Source of the DNA: an uncultured delta proteobacterium
GTDB taxonomy: Bacteria; Myxococcota_A; Polyangia; Haliangiales; Haliangiaceae
Assembly (NCBI GenBank): GCA_963848295.1
Contig: CAWKDB010000011.1
Coordinates: 128,001 to 192,000 of the forward strand
Direction of reading: 5' to 3'
Length of the DNA stretch: 64,000 nt
A program made the position numbers and the translations under genes. Position 1 is the first letter of the stretch, and the number at the start of each line of letters is the position of its first letter. The notes beneath the pieces are model-generated. The model made no database searches, had not been told where the DNA came from, and saw only the letters and a program-made list of their open reading frames with translations. Shown here piece by piece: positions 10,889-21,851 of this stretch.

Positions 10889-11350
10889 ATGGCGTTGGTG
10901 ATCGTTTGCGGAGTGATCGCCGGTGCGTGCCAACGCGGACCGACGCCGCCATCCGGCGATGTCGCCGCGACGCTCACCGGTCCGCTGCTCGACGGTACCG
11001 CGTTCACCCCGGCGAGCCTCGCCGGCAAACCCGCGCTCGTGATGTTCGTGACGCCGACCTGCCCGTACTGCCTCGCGACGTTGCCGCGCGCCCTGGAAGC
11101 GAGCCACGCCGCGCACGCTAACGCGGTCGCGATCTTCTCGGTCGGCATGGCGAAGAACGCACGCGGCGTGATCGATCACGTGCATTGGGATGGCGCCGCG
11201 ATCGTCGACGGCGGCGCACTCGCGAAGCACTACGGCATCCACAGCTTCCCGACGACGTTCGTGCTCACGGCCGACGGCCACGCGCGCGAGGTCCTGGTCG
11301 GCGAGCAGGACGAAGCCACGCTCGCCGACGCGCTCGCCGACGCTCAGTAG
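10889..11350 (+). CDS. TlpA/thioredoxin-like lipoprotein
   Basis: CPYC active site and cis-Pro motif FPTTFVL. Start uncertain. Confidence 0.8.
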   Translation: MALVIVCGVIAGACQRGPTPPSGDVAATLTGPLLDGTAFTPASLAGKPALVMFVTPTCPYCLATLPRALEASHAAHANAVAIFSVGMAKNARGVIDHVHWDGAAIVDGGALAKHYGIHSFPTTFVLTADGHAREVLVGEQDEATLADALADAQ

Positions 11351-11352
11351 GA

Positions 11353-12027
11353 TCAGCGCTCGGGATCTTGCACGGTCGGCGCGGCCTGATCGGCACCCTC
11401 TCCGAACGACAGGTACGCGTAGTACATGCCGTCGGCCCCGGTCTCCGACTTCACGCTGCCCTCGTGCGTGTCTTTCGGGTTCTTGAACGAGATACGGATC
11501 TCGATTCCGGCGCCGTGCGCCGCCTTGGCCTTCGTCGCCCGCGCCGCTCCAACTCGCGCCGCCGTGATCTTCGCTAAGGGGTTATCGAAGAACCTGGTAT
11601 CGACGGGCCGCCAATCGTTCGGGCCGAGGCGGTTCAGCCCGACGAGCTCGACGACGAGCTGGCCGCCCTCCACGTGCTGCTCCAGCTCGAACGGCGCTAC
11701 CGATTGGAAGAACACTTCGGCGCCGCCGTTCTTCGCCTCGAACCCGATCCAGGTCAGCGTGCCCTTCGCAGCGTGGCGCTTGATCTTGCCGTGGTTGTCG
11801 TTGCGCTGCGGCTGGCCCGGGACGACACCGCCATAGTCGTCCTCGGCGTGTGCGACGCCGGGCGTGTCGGCTGGAGGTGGGTCGTCGCCCGAGGCGAAGT
11901 CGCGCGTACCGTTCGGTGCGGCGGGCGCAGCCTGGGACTTGGCCGGCGGCGTCTTGTGGTGCGGGCGCGCACTCGCCGACGCGGCGAACAGCGTGACGGC
12001 ACACAGAGCGAAGCGCGCTCGCAACAT
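11353..12027 (-). CDS. secreted hypothetical protein (AMIN-like domain possible)
   Basis: Signal peptide; NDWRPVDTRFFDNP motif; TACGAT 6 nt upstream of ATG. Confidence 0.65.
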   Translation of the reverse strand: MLRARFALCAVTLFAASASARPHHKTPPAKSQAAPAAPNGTRDFASGDDPPPADTPGVAHAEDDYGGVVPGQPQRNDNHGKIKRHAAKGTLTWIGFEAKNGGAEVFFQSVAPFELEQHVEGGQLVVELVGLNRLGPNDWRPVDTRFFDNPLAKITAARVGAARATKAKAAHGAGIEIRISFKNPKDTHEGSVKSETGADGMYYAYLSFGEGADQAAPTVQDPER

Positions 12028-12093
12028 GGATCGATCGTACGGGCCCGGCGGCTACTTCGCAACTTCGACGACTACCAGCTATGCTGCGTGTAC

Positions 12094-12651
12094 GTGCGGC
12101 AAGTTCGCGGCATCCTGTTCCTCGACTACGTGCGCATGCTCAAGGCGCGCAAGGCGATGGCGCTACCGGAGCTCGAGCCGGAGGACTTCGCATTCCTGGC
12201 GACGCCGATCGTGCTCGACGGCTGGTACCCGATGGATTCCTTCGAGCGCATGGGCAACGCGATCCTGCGGGTCGTCGCGAACGGCCAGATCTCGCTGGTC
12301 GAGCTGTGGGGGCGGTACTCGGCCGGCCAGCAGTACGCCGCGAACGTCAAGCTGCTCGCGCCCGGAGATCCGGTCGAGACACTCAACCGGTTCCGCGTGC
12401 TGCGCGAGACCTTCTTCGACTTCAACGCGCTCGAGCTGATCATGCTCCACGACGAGGAAGCGCTGATCGAGATCCATTACTACATGGGTCAGCAGGCCGA
12501 GGAGGCGGCGTCTTATCAGGCGCTCGGCTTCTTTGCCGCCCTGCTCGAGCTCGCGGGCGCGCGCGATGTCACGGGCACGTTTCGGCAGCGGTCGTGGGCG
12601 GGTGACGCCAAGACCGTGCTCCAGCTGCGCTGGAGCCCACCCGGCTCGTAG
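12094..12651 (+). CDS. myxobacterial DUF2378/V4R-like hypothetical protein
   Basis: VRGILFLDYVRML..GWYP..GFFAALLELAGA pattern; TATGCT 8 nt upstream of GTG. Confidence 0.6.
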   Translation: MRQVRGILFLDYVRMLKARKAMALPELEPEDFAFLATPIVLDGWYPMDSFERMGNAILRVVANGQISLVELWGRYSAGQQYAANVKLLAPGDPVETLNRFRVLRETFFDFNALELIMLHDEEALIEIHYYMGQQAEEAASYQALGFFAALLELAGARDVTGTFRQRSWAGDAKTVLQLRWSPPGS

Positions 12652-12661
12652 CGCTTGCGCC

Positions 12662-13336
12662 TCAGCGCCGCCACAGCCGGCGCACGCTGTGCGTCCACTC
12701 GACGAGGCCCTCGGCCGCCGCGCGAAACAACGCGAACAAGCCGGCGCGTGGCGTCTCGGTCGCGAGCGGCGCATCAGGGGCGATCGCGGTGACCGCGAAG
12801 TCGATCGACATCACCCCGTCCGCGAGCGCGACCGAGCGATCGGGTGCGATCGAGGTGACGAGCGCCTGCATCGCGTGGTTCGTGACCAGGACCTCGCAGC
12901 GGAACTGTTCGATGCCGCGTTCGGCGGCGGCGGCGCACAGCCTGAGCAGCAGCAGCGTACCGAGTCCTTTGCCGTGCGCTTCGTCGGCGACCGCGATCGC
13001 GGCCTCGGCGGTGACCGGCTCGCCGAGCTCGGGAGGCAACCGGATGAACCGCGCGATACCCCAACCGACCGGCTCGCCGTGGCCATCGCCGATCTCGAGC
13101 ACCGCACCGAGCGCGAAGTGCGACTCCTGATCGACCTCGCACAGGTAGCGCAGCTCGGCGTCGGATAGCGCTTGCTTCGGGACGAGGAACCGCGTGTAGC
13201 GCGACTCCGGCGACCAGCGCTCGAACTCCGTGCGGAGCAGCGCTGCATCGTCGGGCGCGACGAGCCGCAGCCGCACGACCGAGCCGTCGTGGAGCGTCGC
13301 GCGCTCGACGTAGTCGGCGGTGAAGTAACGCGTCAC
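12662..13336 (-). CDS. GNAT-family N-acetyltransferase
   Basis: SPESRYTRF, AEAAIAVADEAHGKGLGTLLL and NHAM motifs; GTGA coupling to folC. Confidence 0.88.
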   Translation of the reverse strand: MTRYFTADYVERATLHDGSVVRLRLVAPDDAALLRTEFERWSPESRYTRFLVPKQALSDAELRYLCEVDQESHFALGAVLEIGDGHGEPVGWGIARFIRLPPELGEPVTAEAAIAVADEAHGKGLGTLLLLRLCAAAAERGIEQFRCEVLVTNHAMQALVTSIAPDRSVALADGVMSIDFAVTAIAPDAPLATETPRAGLFALFRAAAEGLVEWTHSVRRLWRR

Positions 13337-14586
13337 CCGCGGCTCGCCGGGGGATCGCTGAGCGCGATCGGATCCGTAGGGACGCCGAGCAGCTCGACGC
13401 GCGCTTCGCCGACGATGAACAACGAGCCCGCGATGACGAGCGGTGCGCCGCGCCCGAGCCTGCGCGCGGCGGCGATCGCGGCGCGGATGTCCGGCGCGAC
13501 GACGACCGGGAGGTCCGGTAGCTCGGCGCGCACGATCGCCGCGAGCGCCTCGGGATCGAGCGCGCGGTCTTGCTGGTAGCGAGTCGCCACGACGGCGCGC
13601 AGCTGCGGGCCGAGCGCGCGGACGATCTCGGCGGCGGCCTTGTCCGACGAGATCGCGAGGATCGCGACGGGCGCCAGCGCGGCCTCGTGCAAGGCCGCGG
13701 CGAGCGCGGCCGCGCCGGACGGATTGTGGGCGCCATCGAACACCACGTCGCCGACGCGCTCGAACCGGCCGGGGTGCGCGACGGTCGCGAGCGCGCGTGC
13801 GCGGACCGGCGCCGGCGCGGCGATGACGCCGAGGGATTCCAGGTGGTCGATCGCGGCGATCGCCGCGGCCGCGTTGCGGCGTTGATGCGCGCCTCCGAGC
13901 GCGACCCGTGGGACCGCGGCGATCGCGGGGTCGTCGACCACGGTCAGCTCGGCGACTCCGGCGGCGCGCGCGGCGGTGGTCAGGATGGCGGTCGCGTCGA
14001 ATTCGCCCGACGCGCCGATCACCGCGCGCTGGCCGCTCTTGAAGATGCCGGCCTTCTCCGCGGCGATCGCCGCGATCGTGTCGCCGAGGATCGCCTCGTG
14101 ATCGAGCGCGATGCCGGTGACGACCGCGATCTCGGCGGCGACGACATTCGTCGCGTCGAGCCGGCCTCCGAGCCCGACCTCGAGCACGGTGATGTCGACC
14201 TCCTCCGCCGCGATCGCGACACATGCGATCGCGGTGAGCTGCTCGAAGAACGTCAGCTCGTCGCCGCCTGCGGCCGACACCTGGCGTCCGGCGTCGACGA
14301 TGTCCGCCTCGCTGATCGGCGCGCCGGCGAACGCGATCCGCTCGCGCAACGACGACAAGTGCGGCGACGTGTACGCCGCGACCCGCGCGCCCGCCGCTGC
14401 CGCGATCGCCGCGACCATCGCGACGGTCGAGCCCTTGCCGTTCGTGCCCGCGACATGGACGACCCTGCCGAGCCTGCGATCCGGCGCGCCGAGCCGATCG
14501 AGCAGCTCGCGCATGCGCTCGAGGCCGAGCACGACGCCGAACCGCCGGGCCGGCAACAACCGGTCGAGCAGCTCGCGGTACGTCAT
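13333..14586 (-). CDS. folC: folylpolyglutamate synthase/dihydrofolate synthase
   Basis: HVAGTNGKGST, YTSPHL, EVGLGGRLDATN, DGAHNP; downstream of accD. Confidence 0.96.
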   Translation of the reverse strand: MTYRELLDRLLPARRFGVVLGLERMRELLDRLGAPDRRLGRVVHVAGTNGKGSTVAMVAAIAAAAGARVAAYTSPHLSSLRERIAFAGAPISEADIVDAGRQVSAAGGDELTFFEQLTAIACVAIAAEEVDITVLEVGLGGRLDATNVVAAEIAVVTGIALDHEAILGDTIAAIAAEKAGIFKSGQRAVIGASGEFDATAILTTAARAAGVAELTVVDDPAIAAVPRVALGGAHQRRNAAAAIAAIDHLESLGVIAAPAPVRARALATVAHPGRFERVGDVVFDGAHNPSGAAALAAALHEAALAPVAILAISSDKAAAEIVRALGPQLRAVVATRYQQDRALDPEALAAIVRAELPDLPVVVAPDIRAAIAAARRLGRGAPLVIAGSLFIVGEARVELLGVPTDPIALSDPPASRG

Positions 14587-14588
14587 CG

Positions 14589-15494
<906 letters not shown>

Positions 15495-15630
15495 CGCCGG
15501 TTCCAATACACCCCCGGTGCTGGTTTGGGAAGACTTTCTCTCGCGGTCCGCGCGCTAGTCTGCTAATCAGCATGGGGAAAGTGGCGGTTGGCTGGGTGTG
15601 GTGGAACGGCCCTCAGTACGCGAGGTCGCG

Positions 15631-15942
15631 ATGTCGTCTTCGATCTTGGTCGTCAATGAAATCAGCAGCGAGCGCGAAGAGATCGCGCGTGCTCTCGAGG
15701 CCGAAGGGTTCTCGGTCGTGCAGGCCGCGTCCGCCGGGGAAGCCGTCCGCGAGATCTGGGGCGGTTCGTTTATCGTCGCGGTCGTCTCGACGCTCCTGAC
15801 CGGCACGACGAGCACCGCGCTCGTCAAACAGCTGGGGCAGATGGCGCCCGAGATCGAGCCGCTCGTCCACGGCAAGAACGACGAGATCCCCGCGCTCGTC
15901 AAGAAAGCCGTCCGGATCCGCGACGGCGAAGCCGCGGCGTAG
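15631..15942 (+). CDS. stand-alone atypical (pseudo-)receiver domain protein
   Basis: CheY-like pattern ILVVNE..R..IARALEAEGFSV..AASAGEAV, but lacking the canonical acidic residues. Confidence 0.75.
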   Translation: MSSSILVVNEISSEREEIARALEAEGFSVVQAASAGEAVREIWGGSFIVAVVSTLLTGTTSTALVKQLGQMAPEIEPLVHGKNDEIPALVKKAVRIRDGEAAA

Positions 15943-16279
15943 TTGTCAGCTCCCGCAACTCGCGGCGCCACTGCGGAAACGTCGCTGTAACGCGAGCTCA
16001 ACGACCTGGCGTCGTCGTGTGACTCTGATCGATGGCACGACCGGTGCTTTTGGTCGGGCCATGCCGCCCACGACTCGGGCCGGCCGAGCTCGAGACGATC
16101 GTCCGCACCGCGCTCGCGAAAGCCCCCGACCGCCGTACGACTCGCCGGCTTTGTTCGTCGACCCACTCGTCGGCTTCTTGGTCGGTGAACTGATCGACGG
16201 TTGAATGAGGTTGCAGGTCGTCTTGGCGTCGTCCGTTCGCACCGCCGACGTTCCGCGGTCGCGCCACCGCGGGCGACCG

Positions 16280-16384
16280 CGCGAAGGCCTTGTTCCCGAG
16301 CGAGTCCGCAGCGCGCACCCACTCCCAAGCGCGCGCGGCTAAACCGCGCGAGGAGTTCGAGCGCGGGGAACAAGCGCCTTCGCG
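16280..16384. repeat. intergenic inverted repeat (18-bp stem, 1-nt bulge)
   Basis: CGCGAAGGCCTTGTTCCC (16280-16297) pairs with GGGAACAAG-C-GCCTTCGCG (16366-16384). Confidence 0.7.
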
Positions 16385-16468
16385 CCAGCCCGCGGTCCCG
16401 CGACCACGCCACAGGAGTGCGAGGTGGGCGCCGGGCCAACTGCGAGCTCGCGAGATGGGGCCCGGTGG

Positions 16469-17152
16469 CTACGCGTTGAAGCGATCCTTCAGATTCAAGA
16501 ACTCGAGAAACTCGAGGAGCCGGCCGACCTCGGGGACGATGAAGCCGTCGACGTCGATGCCGGCGTCCTCGGCCATCAACACGAGTCGTGCGGTGCGCAG
16601 CCGATCGACGACCTCGATCACTTCATGGACCGGTAGCCCGACCCGGGTCGCGATGTCCTCGACGCGCTTGGGCACGAGGATCGCGGTGCTCGGGTTGTTG
16701 AGCGCCTGACCGGCGAGCGCGATCTGCTCGTCTGCCATGTGCCGCAGGCACTGGACGACCCGATGATTCGCGGTCGGCAGGAGCAGCAGCTCGATGTGCT
16801 GGTTCGCGCTCTCGAGCCGCGTCGCGAGCGCCTTGATGATGCGCAGCGCGATCTCCGGACGCGCGCGCAGCATCGCCTCGAACGTCTTGCCCTCGATCAC
16901 GAGCAGGCGCGAAGGTGAGCGCACGACCGCGGTCGCCGAGCGCGGTCGGCCGTTGAGGATCGCCATCTCGCCGAAGAACTCGCCGGCCGGGAGCACCGCG
17001 AGCACCCGATCGCTGTCTCCGACTCGGCGGCGAATCTCGACTTCGCCGGTCTGCACGACGTACATGTAATCGCCGGGCTGGCCCTCTTCGAACAACACGC
17101 TGCCCGCCGCGAAGTCGCGCGCGAAGCGATCGAGTCCGTCTGCCACCGTCAC
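16469..17152 (-). CDS. Crp/Fnr-family cyclic-nucleotide-binding protein
   Basis: LFEEGQPGDYMYVVQTGEV..GEFFGEMAIL..PRSATA; HTH-like C-terminus. Confidence 0.9.
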   Translation of the reverse strand: MTVADGLDRFARDFAAGSVLFEEGQPGDYMYVVQTGEVEIRRRVGDSDRVLAVLPAGEFFGEMAILNGRPRSATAVVRSPSRLLVIEGKTFEAMLRARPEIALRIIKALATRLESANQHIELLLLPTANHRVVQCLRHMADEQIALAGQALNNPSTAILVPKRVEDIATRVGLPVHEVIEVVDRLRTARLVLMAEDAGIDVDGFIVPEVGRLLEFLEFLNLKDRFNA

Positions 17153-17172
17153 CGGATCATCATCCCACGATC

Positions 17173-17811
17173 TCAGCGCATCGTGGCGTGGCGCAGGATA
17201 TGGAACAGCGCGCGCGAGCCGAGCTTGTCACTGCGGTGGTCGTCGGCCGACACCGGAACCTCGTCGGTCGACAGCCCGAGCTTGAGGGCGCGGACCAACA
17301 TCTCGACGTCCCAGCCGGCCCCGCGATCGCTCATCCCGAGAGCGATCAGCGCGGGGAACTTGAGCGCGCGGACCGGGCCGACGCTCGACCAGCGATGGCG
17401 ATACACGGCATCGATGAGGCCGGTGACGAGCTTCACCGAAGCGCGCTGGCGGCCTGCGGAGACACCGAGCACGAGCTCGACGCCGCGTTCGAGGATCGGC
17501 GCGACGAGCGCATCGAGTGCGGCGGCCGCCGCGGGTCGATCGCCCGGGATGAACACGACGACATCGGGGACGCGAGGGAGCGACGAGAAATGGCTCTGCG
17601 CGCGCAGGCAGGCCGCGCCGTAGCCCCCGGAGGCTTCGCGCAGGACGAGCGCACCCGCATCGCGCGCCAGCTCGGCGCTGCGATCGCGCGAGTTACGATC
17701 GACGACGACCACGGAGCGGATCGAACGATGCGGCAACGCGCGCAACAGCGCCGTCAGGGTCGCCGCGTTGTCGCGCGCCGGCACGACGACGTCGATGACC
17801 ACTGACGACAT
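17173..17811 (-). CDS. glycosyltransferase family 2 (DxD motif degenerate)
   Basis: IDVVVPARDNA, VVVVDRNSRD, GYGAAC, GWDVEM. Confidence 0.8.
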   Translation of the reverse strand: MSSVVIDVVVPARDNAATLTALLRALPHRSIRSVVVVDRNSRDRSAELARDAGALVLREASGGYGAACLRAQSHFSSLPRVPDVVVFIPGDRPAAAAALDALVAPILERGVELVLGVSAGRQRASVKLVTGLIDAVYRHRWSSVGPVRALKFPALIALGMSDRGAGWDVEMLVRALKLGLSTDEVPVSADDHRSDKLGSRALFHILRHATMR

Positions 17812-17910
17812 CTCGGGCCATGATAGCAGGCCCGAGCCGAGCTTATCGAATCCCTATAGCGAGGGCCCCCCTTTAGGGGCACCGGGCGACCGTGGTACAC
17901 GCAACCTGCG

Positions 17911-18939
17911 ATGGCGCTCACCTACAAAGACGCCGGGGTCGACATCGATGCCGGCGAGGCGCTGGTCGATCGCATCGCCCCGCTCGCGAAGGCGACCACG
18001 CGGCCCGAGGTGCTCGGCGGCATCGGCGGGTTCGCCGCGCTGTGCCGGATCCCGACCGGCTATGTCGAGCCGATCCTGGTCAGCGGCACCGACGGGGTCG
18101 GCACGAAGCTCAAGACCGCGCTCGCGTCGGGCCGCCACGGCACGATCGGCATCGACCTCGTCGCGATGTGCGTCAACGACGTGCTCGTCACCGGCGCCGA
18201 GCCGCTGTTCTTTCTCGACTACTTCGCGACCGGTGCGCTCGACGTCGACGTCGCGGCCTCGGTGATCGCGGGGATCGCCGACGGCTGCAAGCAAGCGGGC
18301 TGCGCGCTCGTCGGCGGCGAGACCGCCGAGCTGCCGGGCCTGTATCACGGTCGCGACTACGACCTCGCCGGGTTCTGCGTCGGCGTGGTCGAGCGCGCCG
18401 AGATCCGCCCGCGCGCGCGCGACCTCGCGGCCGGAGATGTCGTGATCGGCTTGCCGTCGGCGGGCTTGCACTCGAATGGCCATTCGCTCGCGCGCAAGGT
18501 CGTGCTCGACGTGTTGCAGCTGCCGCTCGATGCGAAGCCGGAGTTGCTCGAAGGTGCGAGCGTCGCCGACGAGCTGCTGCGCCCGACGCTCATCTACGCC
18601 GATGCGTTTCGCGCGCTGCGCGGCCAGCCGTGGAAGGCCGCCGCGCACATCACCGGCGGCGGGCTGATCGAGAATCCGCCGCGGATCTTCGGCGACGATG
18701 CGCTCGCGGTCGAGCTCGATCACGCGACGTGGGATCGACCGGCGATCATGAAGCTGATCGCGACCGCCGGCGTTAGCGACGACGAGATGCTGCGCACGTT
18801 CAACTGCGGCTTGGGCATGATCGTCGTCGTGGCGCCGGAGTACGCCGAGCGCACCGTTTCGCTGCTCGCGCCAGCGCGCGCCCGGGTCGTCGGCAGGCTC
18901 GTCGCACGCGGCAGCGGGTCGGCGTCGCGGCTGGTGTGA
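17911..18939 (+). CDS. purM: phosphoribosylformylglycinamidine cyclo-ligase
   Basis: [48 protein letters not shown]. Confidence 0.98.
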   Translation: MALTYKDAGVDIDAGEALVDRIAPLAKATTRPEVLGGIGGFAALCRIPTGYVEPILVSGTDGVGTKLKTALASGRHGTIGIDLVAMCVNDVLVTGAEPLFFLDYFATGALDVDVAASVIAGIADGCKQAGCALVGGETAELPGLYHGRDYDLAGFCVGVVERAEIRPRARDLAAGDVVIGLPSAGLHSNGHSLARKVVLDVLQLPLDAKPELLEGASVADELLRPTLIYADAFRALRGQPWKAAAHITGGGLIENPPRIFGDDALAVELDHATWDRPAIMKLIATAGVSDDEMLRTFNCGLGMIVVVAPEYAERTVSLLAPARARVVGRLVARGSGSASRLV

Positions 18940-19547
18940 TGCGGATCGGCGTCTTGGTCTCTGGCAACGGGACGAACTTGCAGGCCCTGCTCGATGCCGA
19001 GGCCCGCGGCGCGCTCGCCCCCGCGACGATCGCGATCGTGATCTCGAATCGGCCGAACGCGCCCGCGCTCGACCGAGCGACGCTCGCCGGCGTGCCGACC
19101 GAGACGGTCGATCACGCGGGGTTCGCGGATCGCAGCGGGTTCGAGACGAAGCTGCTCGAGGTGCTCGCCGGCCACCGCGTCGAGGCGGTCGTGCTCGCCG
19201 GGTTCATGCGCAAGCTGACCGCGACGTTCGTCGCTGCGTTTCCGCTCCGGATCGTCAACACACATCCGTCGTTACTGCCCGCGTTCCCCGGCCTCGACGC
19301 GCCGGGCCAGGCGATCGCGCACGGCGCGAAGGTCAGCGGCGTGACCGTGCACTTCGTCGACGCGACCCTCGACGGCGGCCCGATCATCGCGCAGGCCGCG
19401 GTGCCGATCCTCGAAAGCGATGACGCCGCGGCGTTGCACGCGCGGATCCAGCGCGAAGAGCATCGCCTCCTGCCCGAGGTCGTGCGTGCACTCGCGTCGC
19501 ACGCACTCACCGTCCGCGGCCGAACCGTGGTTAATTCGGGTTCCTAG
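18939..19547 (+). CDS. purN: phosphoribosylglycinamide formyltransferase
   Basis: SGNGTNLQA, LAGFMR, NTHPSLLPAFPG, DGGPII. Confidence 0.97.
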   Translation: MRIGVLVSGNGTNLQALLDAEARGALAPATIAIVISNRPNAPALDRATLAGVPTETVDHAGFADRSGFETKLLEVLAGHRVEAVVLAGFMRKLTATFVAAFPLRIVNTHPSLLPAFPGLDAPGQAIAHGAKVSGVTVHFVDATLDGGPIIAQAAVPILESDDAAALHARIQREEHRLLPEVVRALASHALTVRGRTVVNSGS

Positions 19548-21055
19548 TGCCGACGAACTCGTATGACCTGGTCGTGATCGGCGACGACCTGGCCGCGCTG
19601 GTGTGCGCGACCCTGTGCGTGCGCCGCGGCATGCGGACGCTCGTCCTCGGTGACGATCGGCCGGCGCGCTACACGCTCGGCCCGCACAAGCTGCCGATCG
19701 AGCCATCGCTGTGGCCGGTGTTGCCCGGATCGCCGGGCGAGCGCGTGCTCAAGGAGCTCCACGCCGAGCTCGCGTTGCGCCGCAAGCTGCGCGAGCCGCG
19801 GATCGCGGCACAGCTCGTCACGCCGGATCTGCGCATCGACCTCGGCGGCGATCGCCTCGCGCCCGAGCTCATGCGCGAGCTCGGCGACGCGGCTGGCGAA
19901 GCGATGCTCGCGCAGTGGACGAAGGCCGGCGACGTCGCGCGGCTCGTCGATCCGCTGTTGTCGAGCGAGCACGCGTTTCCTGGCGTCGGGTTCTTCGAGC
20001 GGCGAGAAGTCGCGCGGCTGTCCGAGCTCGCGGCCGACGCTGCGAACGCGTGGTGGACCGAGCTCCAGGCCGATCCGCGCGGTCCGATCTGGCGGCATCT
20101 CGCCGCGATCGCGCTGCGCCATCCTTCGGCCCCACCGGCGGCGGCCGCCCGTGCGATCGATGCGTGGCGGTCCGGGCCACCTGCCCTGCGCGGCGACGGC
20201 GATGCGGTGCGCGAGCTGTTCGTCGAGAAGCTGACGACCGCGGGGGGCGAGCTGCGCGCCGGCAAGGTCACCGAGATCGCGATGTCGTGGGGCAAGGTCT
20301 CGGGCCTGACGCTCGCGAGCGGCGACGACATCGGCGCGAACCAGATCGTCTCGAGCCGACCGCCGGCCGAGCTCGCCGAGCTGCTCGGCAAGAAGGCGCC
20401 GAAGCGGCTAGCGGAGCTCGCGGACAGCATCGCGCTCGTCGGCTATCGCTACACGCTCAACGTCGTGCTCGATGAAGCCGGGATCCCGGAGCACATGGCG
20501 CCGACCGTCGCGGTGATCGCGCAGCCGGACAAGGATGCGATCGGCGACGCGTCGTTCTCGATCCACTTGTCGGAGACCGACGACGCCGGCCGCGTGGTCG
20601 CGACGATCGCGGCGGTACTCGCGGTCGACGGACCGGTCGAGCCCGATCGGCTCGCGCCGAAGTGCATGGCGTTGCGCGCCGGCCTGTGGAAGAGGTTCGG
20701 CGAGGTGATGCCGTTCTTCGAGCGTCATCTCGTGCTCGCGCACTCGCCGTTCGAGGCGACGCCGCCGCAAGTCCCAGGCGGCCGCGGTAGCTACGATGTT
20801 CCGCGCAACTTGCCGCTGGCGATGGCGCCGGTGTGGAAAGGCCAGCTCACGACGCCGGCCGATCAGATCGCCGGCGCCGCGATGGCGTACCAGGCCGGGC
20901 TCAAGAACTTGACGCTCACCGGGGACCAAATTCTGCCGGCGCTCGGCATCGAGGGCGCCCTCGCCTCGGGCTGGAGCGCGGCGAAGGTCGCGTGCGCGAT
21001 CGCGGGCAAGAAGAAGGATTACCTGCGCGACGAGCTGGTCGGGGCGGCGGGCTGA
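19547..21055 (+). CDS. phytoene-desaturase-like FAD-dependent oxidoreductase homologue
   Basis: N-terminal YDLVVIGDDLAAL Rossmann-like motif; C-terminal KNLTLTGDQILPALGIEGA..SG. Confidence 0.7.
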   Translation: MPTNSYDLVVIGDDLAALVCATLCVRRGMRTLVLGDDRPARYTLGPHKLPIEPSLWPVLPGSPGERVLKELHAELALRRKLREPRIAAQLVTPDLRIDLGGDRLAPELMRELGDAAGEAMLAQWTKAGDVARLVDPLLSSEHAFPGVGFFERREVARLSELAADAANAWWTELQADPRGPIWRHLAAIALRHPSAPPAAAARAIDAWRSGPPALRGDGDAVRELFVEKLTTAGGELRAGKVTEIAMSWGKVSGLTLASGDDIGANQIVSSRPPAELAELLGKKAPKRLAELADSIALVGYRYTLNVVLDEAGIPEHMAPTVAVIAQPDKDAIGDASFSIHLSETDDAGRVVATIAAVLAVDGPVEPDRLAPKCMALRAGLWKRFGEVMPFFERHLVLAHSPFEATPPQVPGGRGSYDVPRNLPLAMAPVWKGQLTTPADQIAGAAMAYQAGLKNLTLTGDQILPALGIEGALASGWSAAKVACAIAGKKKDYLRDELVGAAG

Positions 21056-21058
21056 TCG

Positions 21059-21730
21059 ATGGGGTACGCTCGTTCGCGCTTCTCGACCCAGATGACCGCC
21101 GTCATTGCGGTGGCCGCTGCGGTTGTCGCCGTGGTGCTCGTGATCTTCGGCGCGTTGTTCTCCGGCTGCGACGTCCGGTATCGCTCGCAGAAGGCCGCGT
21201 GTCGCGGTGGTGATGTCGAGCAGTGCCTCGCCGTCGCCAAGATCTACGACGACAAGGGCGATGCGCTGCTCGCCGATGTCCTTCACTACGGCGACGCCAC
21301 GCGGGAGTACTACAAGCGTGCCTGCGATCTCGGCTCACCCGTCGGTTGCGCGGGTTTCGCCAAGCACTCGTACGACGACTCCGAAGCCGGCGCGCGGATC
21401 CACGCCCACACGACGGCGTGCGCCGGCGGGATCGCCGCGTCGTGCGTCGAGCTCGGGGACGCGTACGCGACCGGGCAGGACGTTCCGCGCGACGACGCGC
21501 GCGCGCTGACGCTCTACCTGTCGGGCTGCACCGCAAAGGACGGCAAAGCGTGCGAGGACGCGGCGATCATGCGCGCGATGGGGCGAGGCGCCGCGCACGA
21601 CGACGGGGTGGCACTCGACCTCGACAAGCAAGGCTGCGCGGCCGGCGACAAGAACGCGTGCGTCGAAGTCGAATGGTACGCCGCCCATCACGAGTTTCGC
21701 TGGCAGTCGGAGCGCAAGCAGCCGCACTGA
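21059..21730 (+). CDS. Sel1-like (Hcp-type) Cys-repeat protein
   Basis: Repeats YKRACDLGSPVGC, ACAGGIAASCVELG, GCAAGDKNAC. Confidence 0.8.
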   Translation: MGYARSRFSTQMTAVIAVAAAVVAVVLVIFGALFSGCDVRYRSQKAACRGGDVEQCLAVAKIYDDKGDALLADVLHYGDATREYYKRACDLGSPVGCAGFAKHSYDDSEAGARIHAHTTACAGGIAASCVELGDAYATGQDVPRDDARALTLYLSGCTAKDGKACEDAAIMRAMGRGAAHDDGVALDLDKQGCAAGDKNACVEVEWYAAHHEFRWQSERKQPH

Positions 21731-21851
21731 CCTCGCCGTTCAGCCCGACGAGCGAACGCGCGCGGCCGATCGAACAACAGGCCCACCGATCCTGAGCGAC
21801 CTACGAAGCGCGATCGCAGGCGGGAAGTACGACTAACTGATCAGCCGCGGG

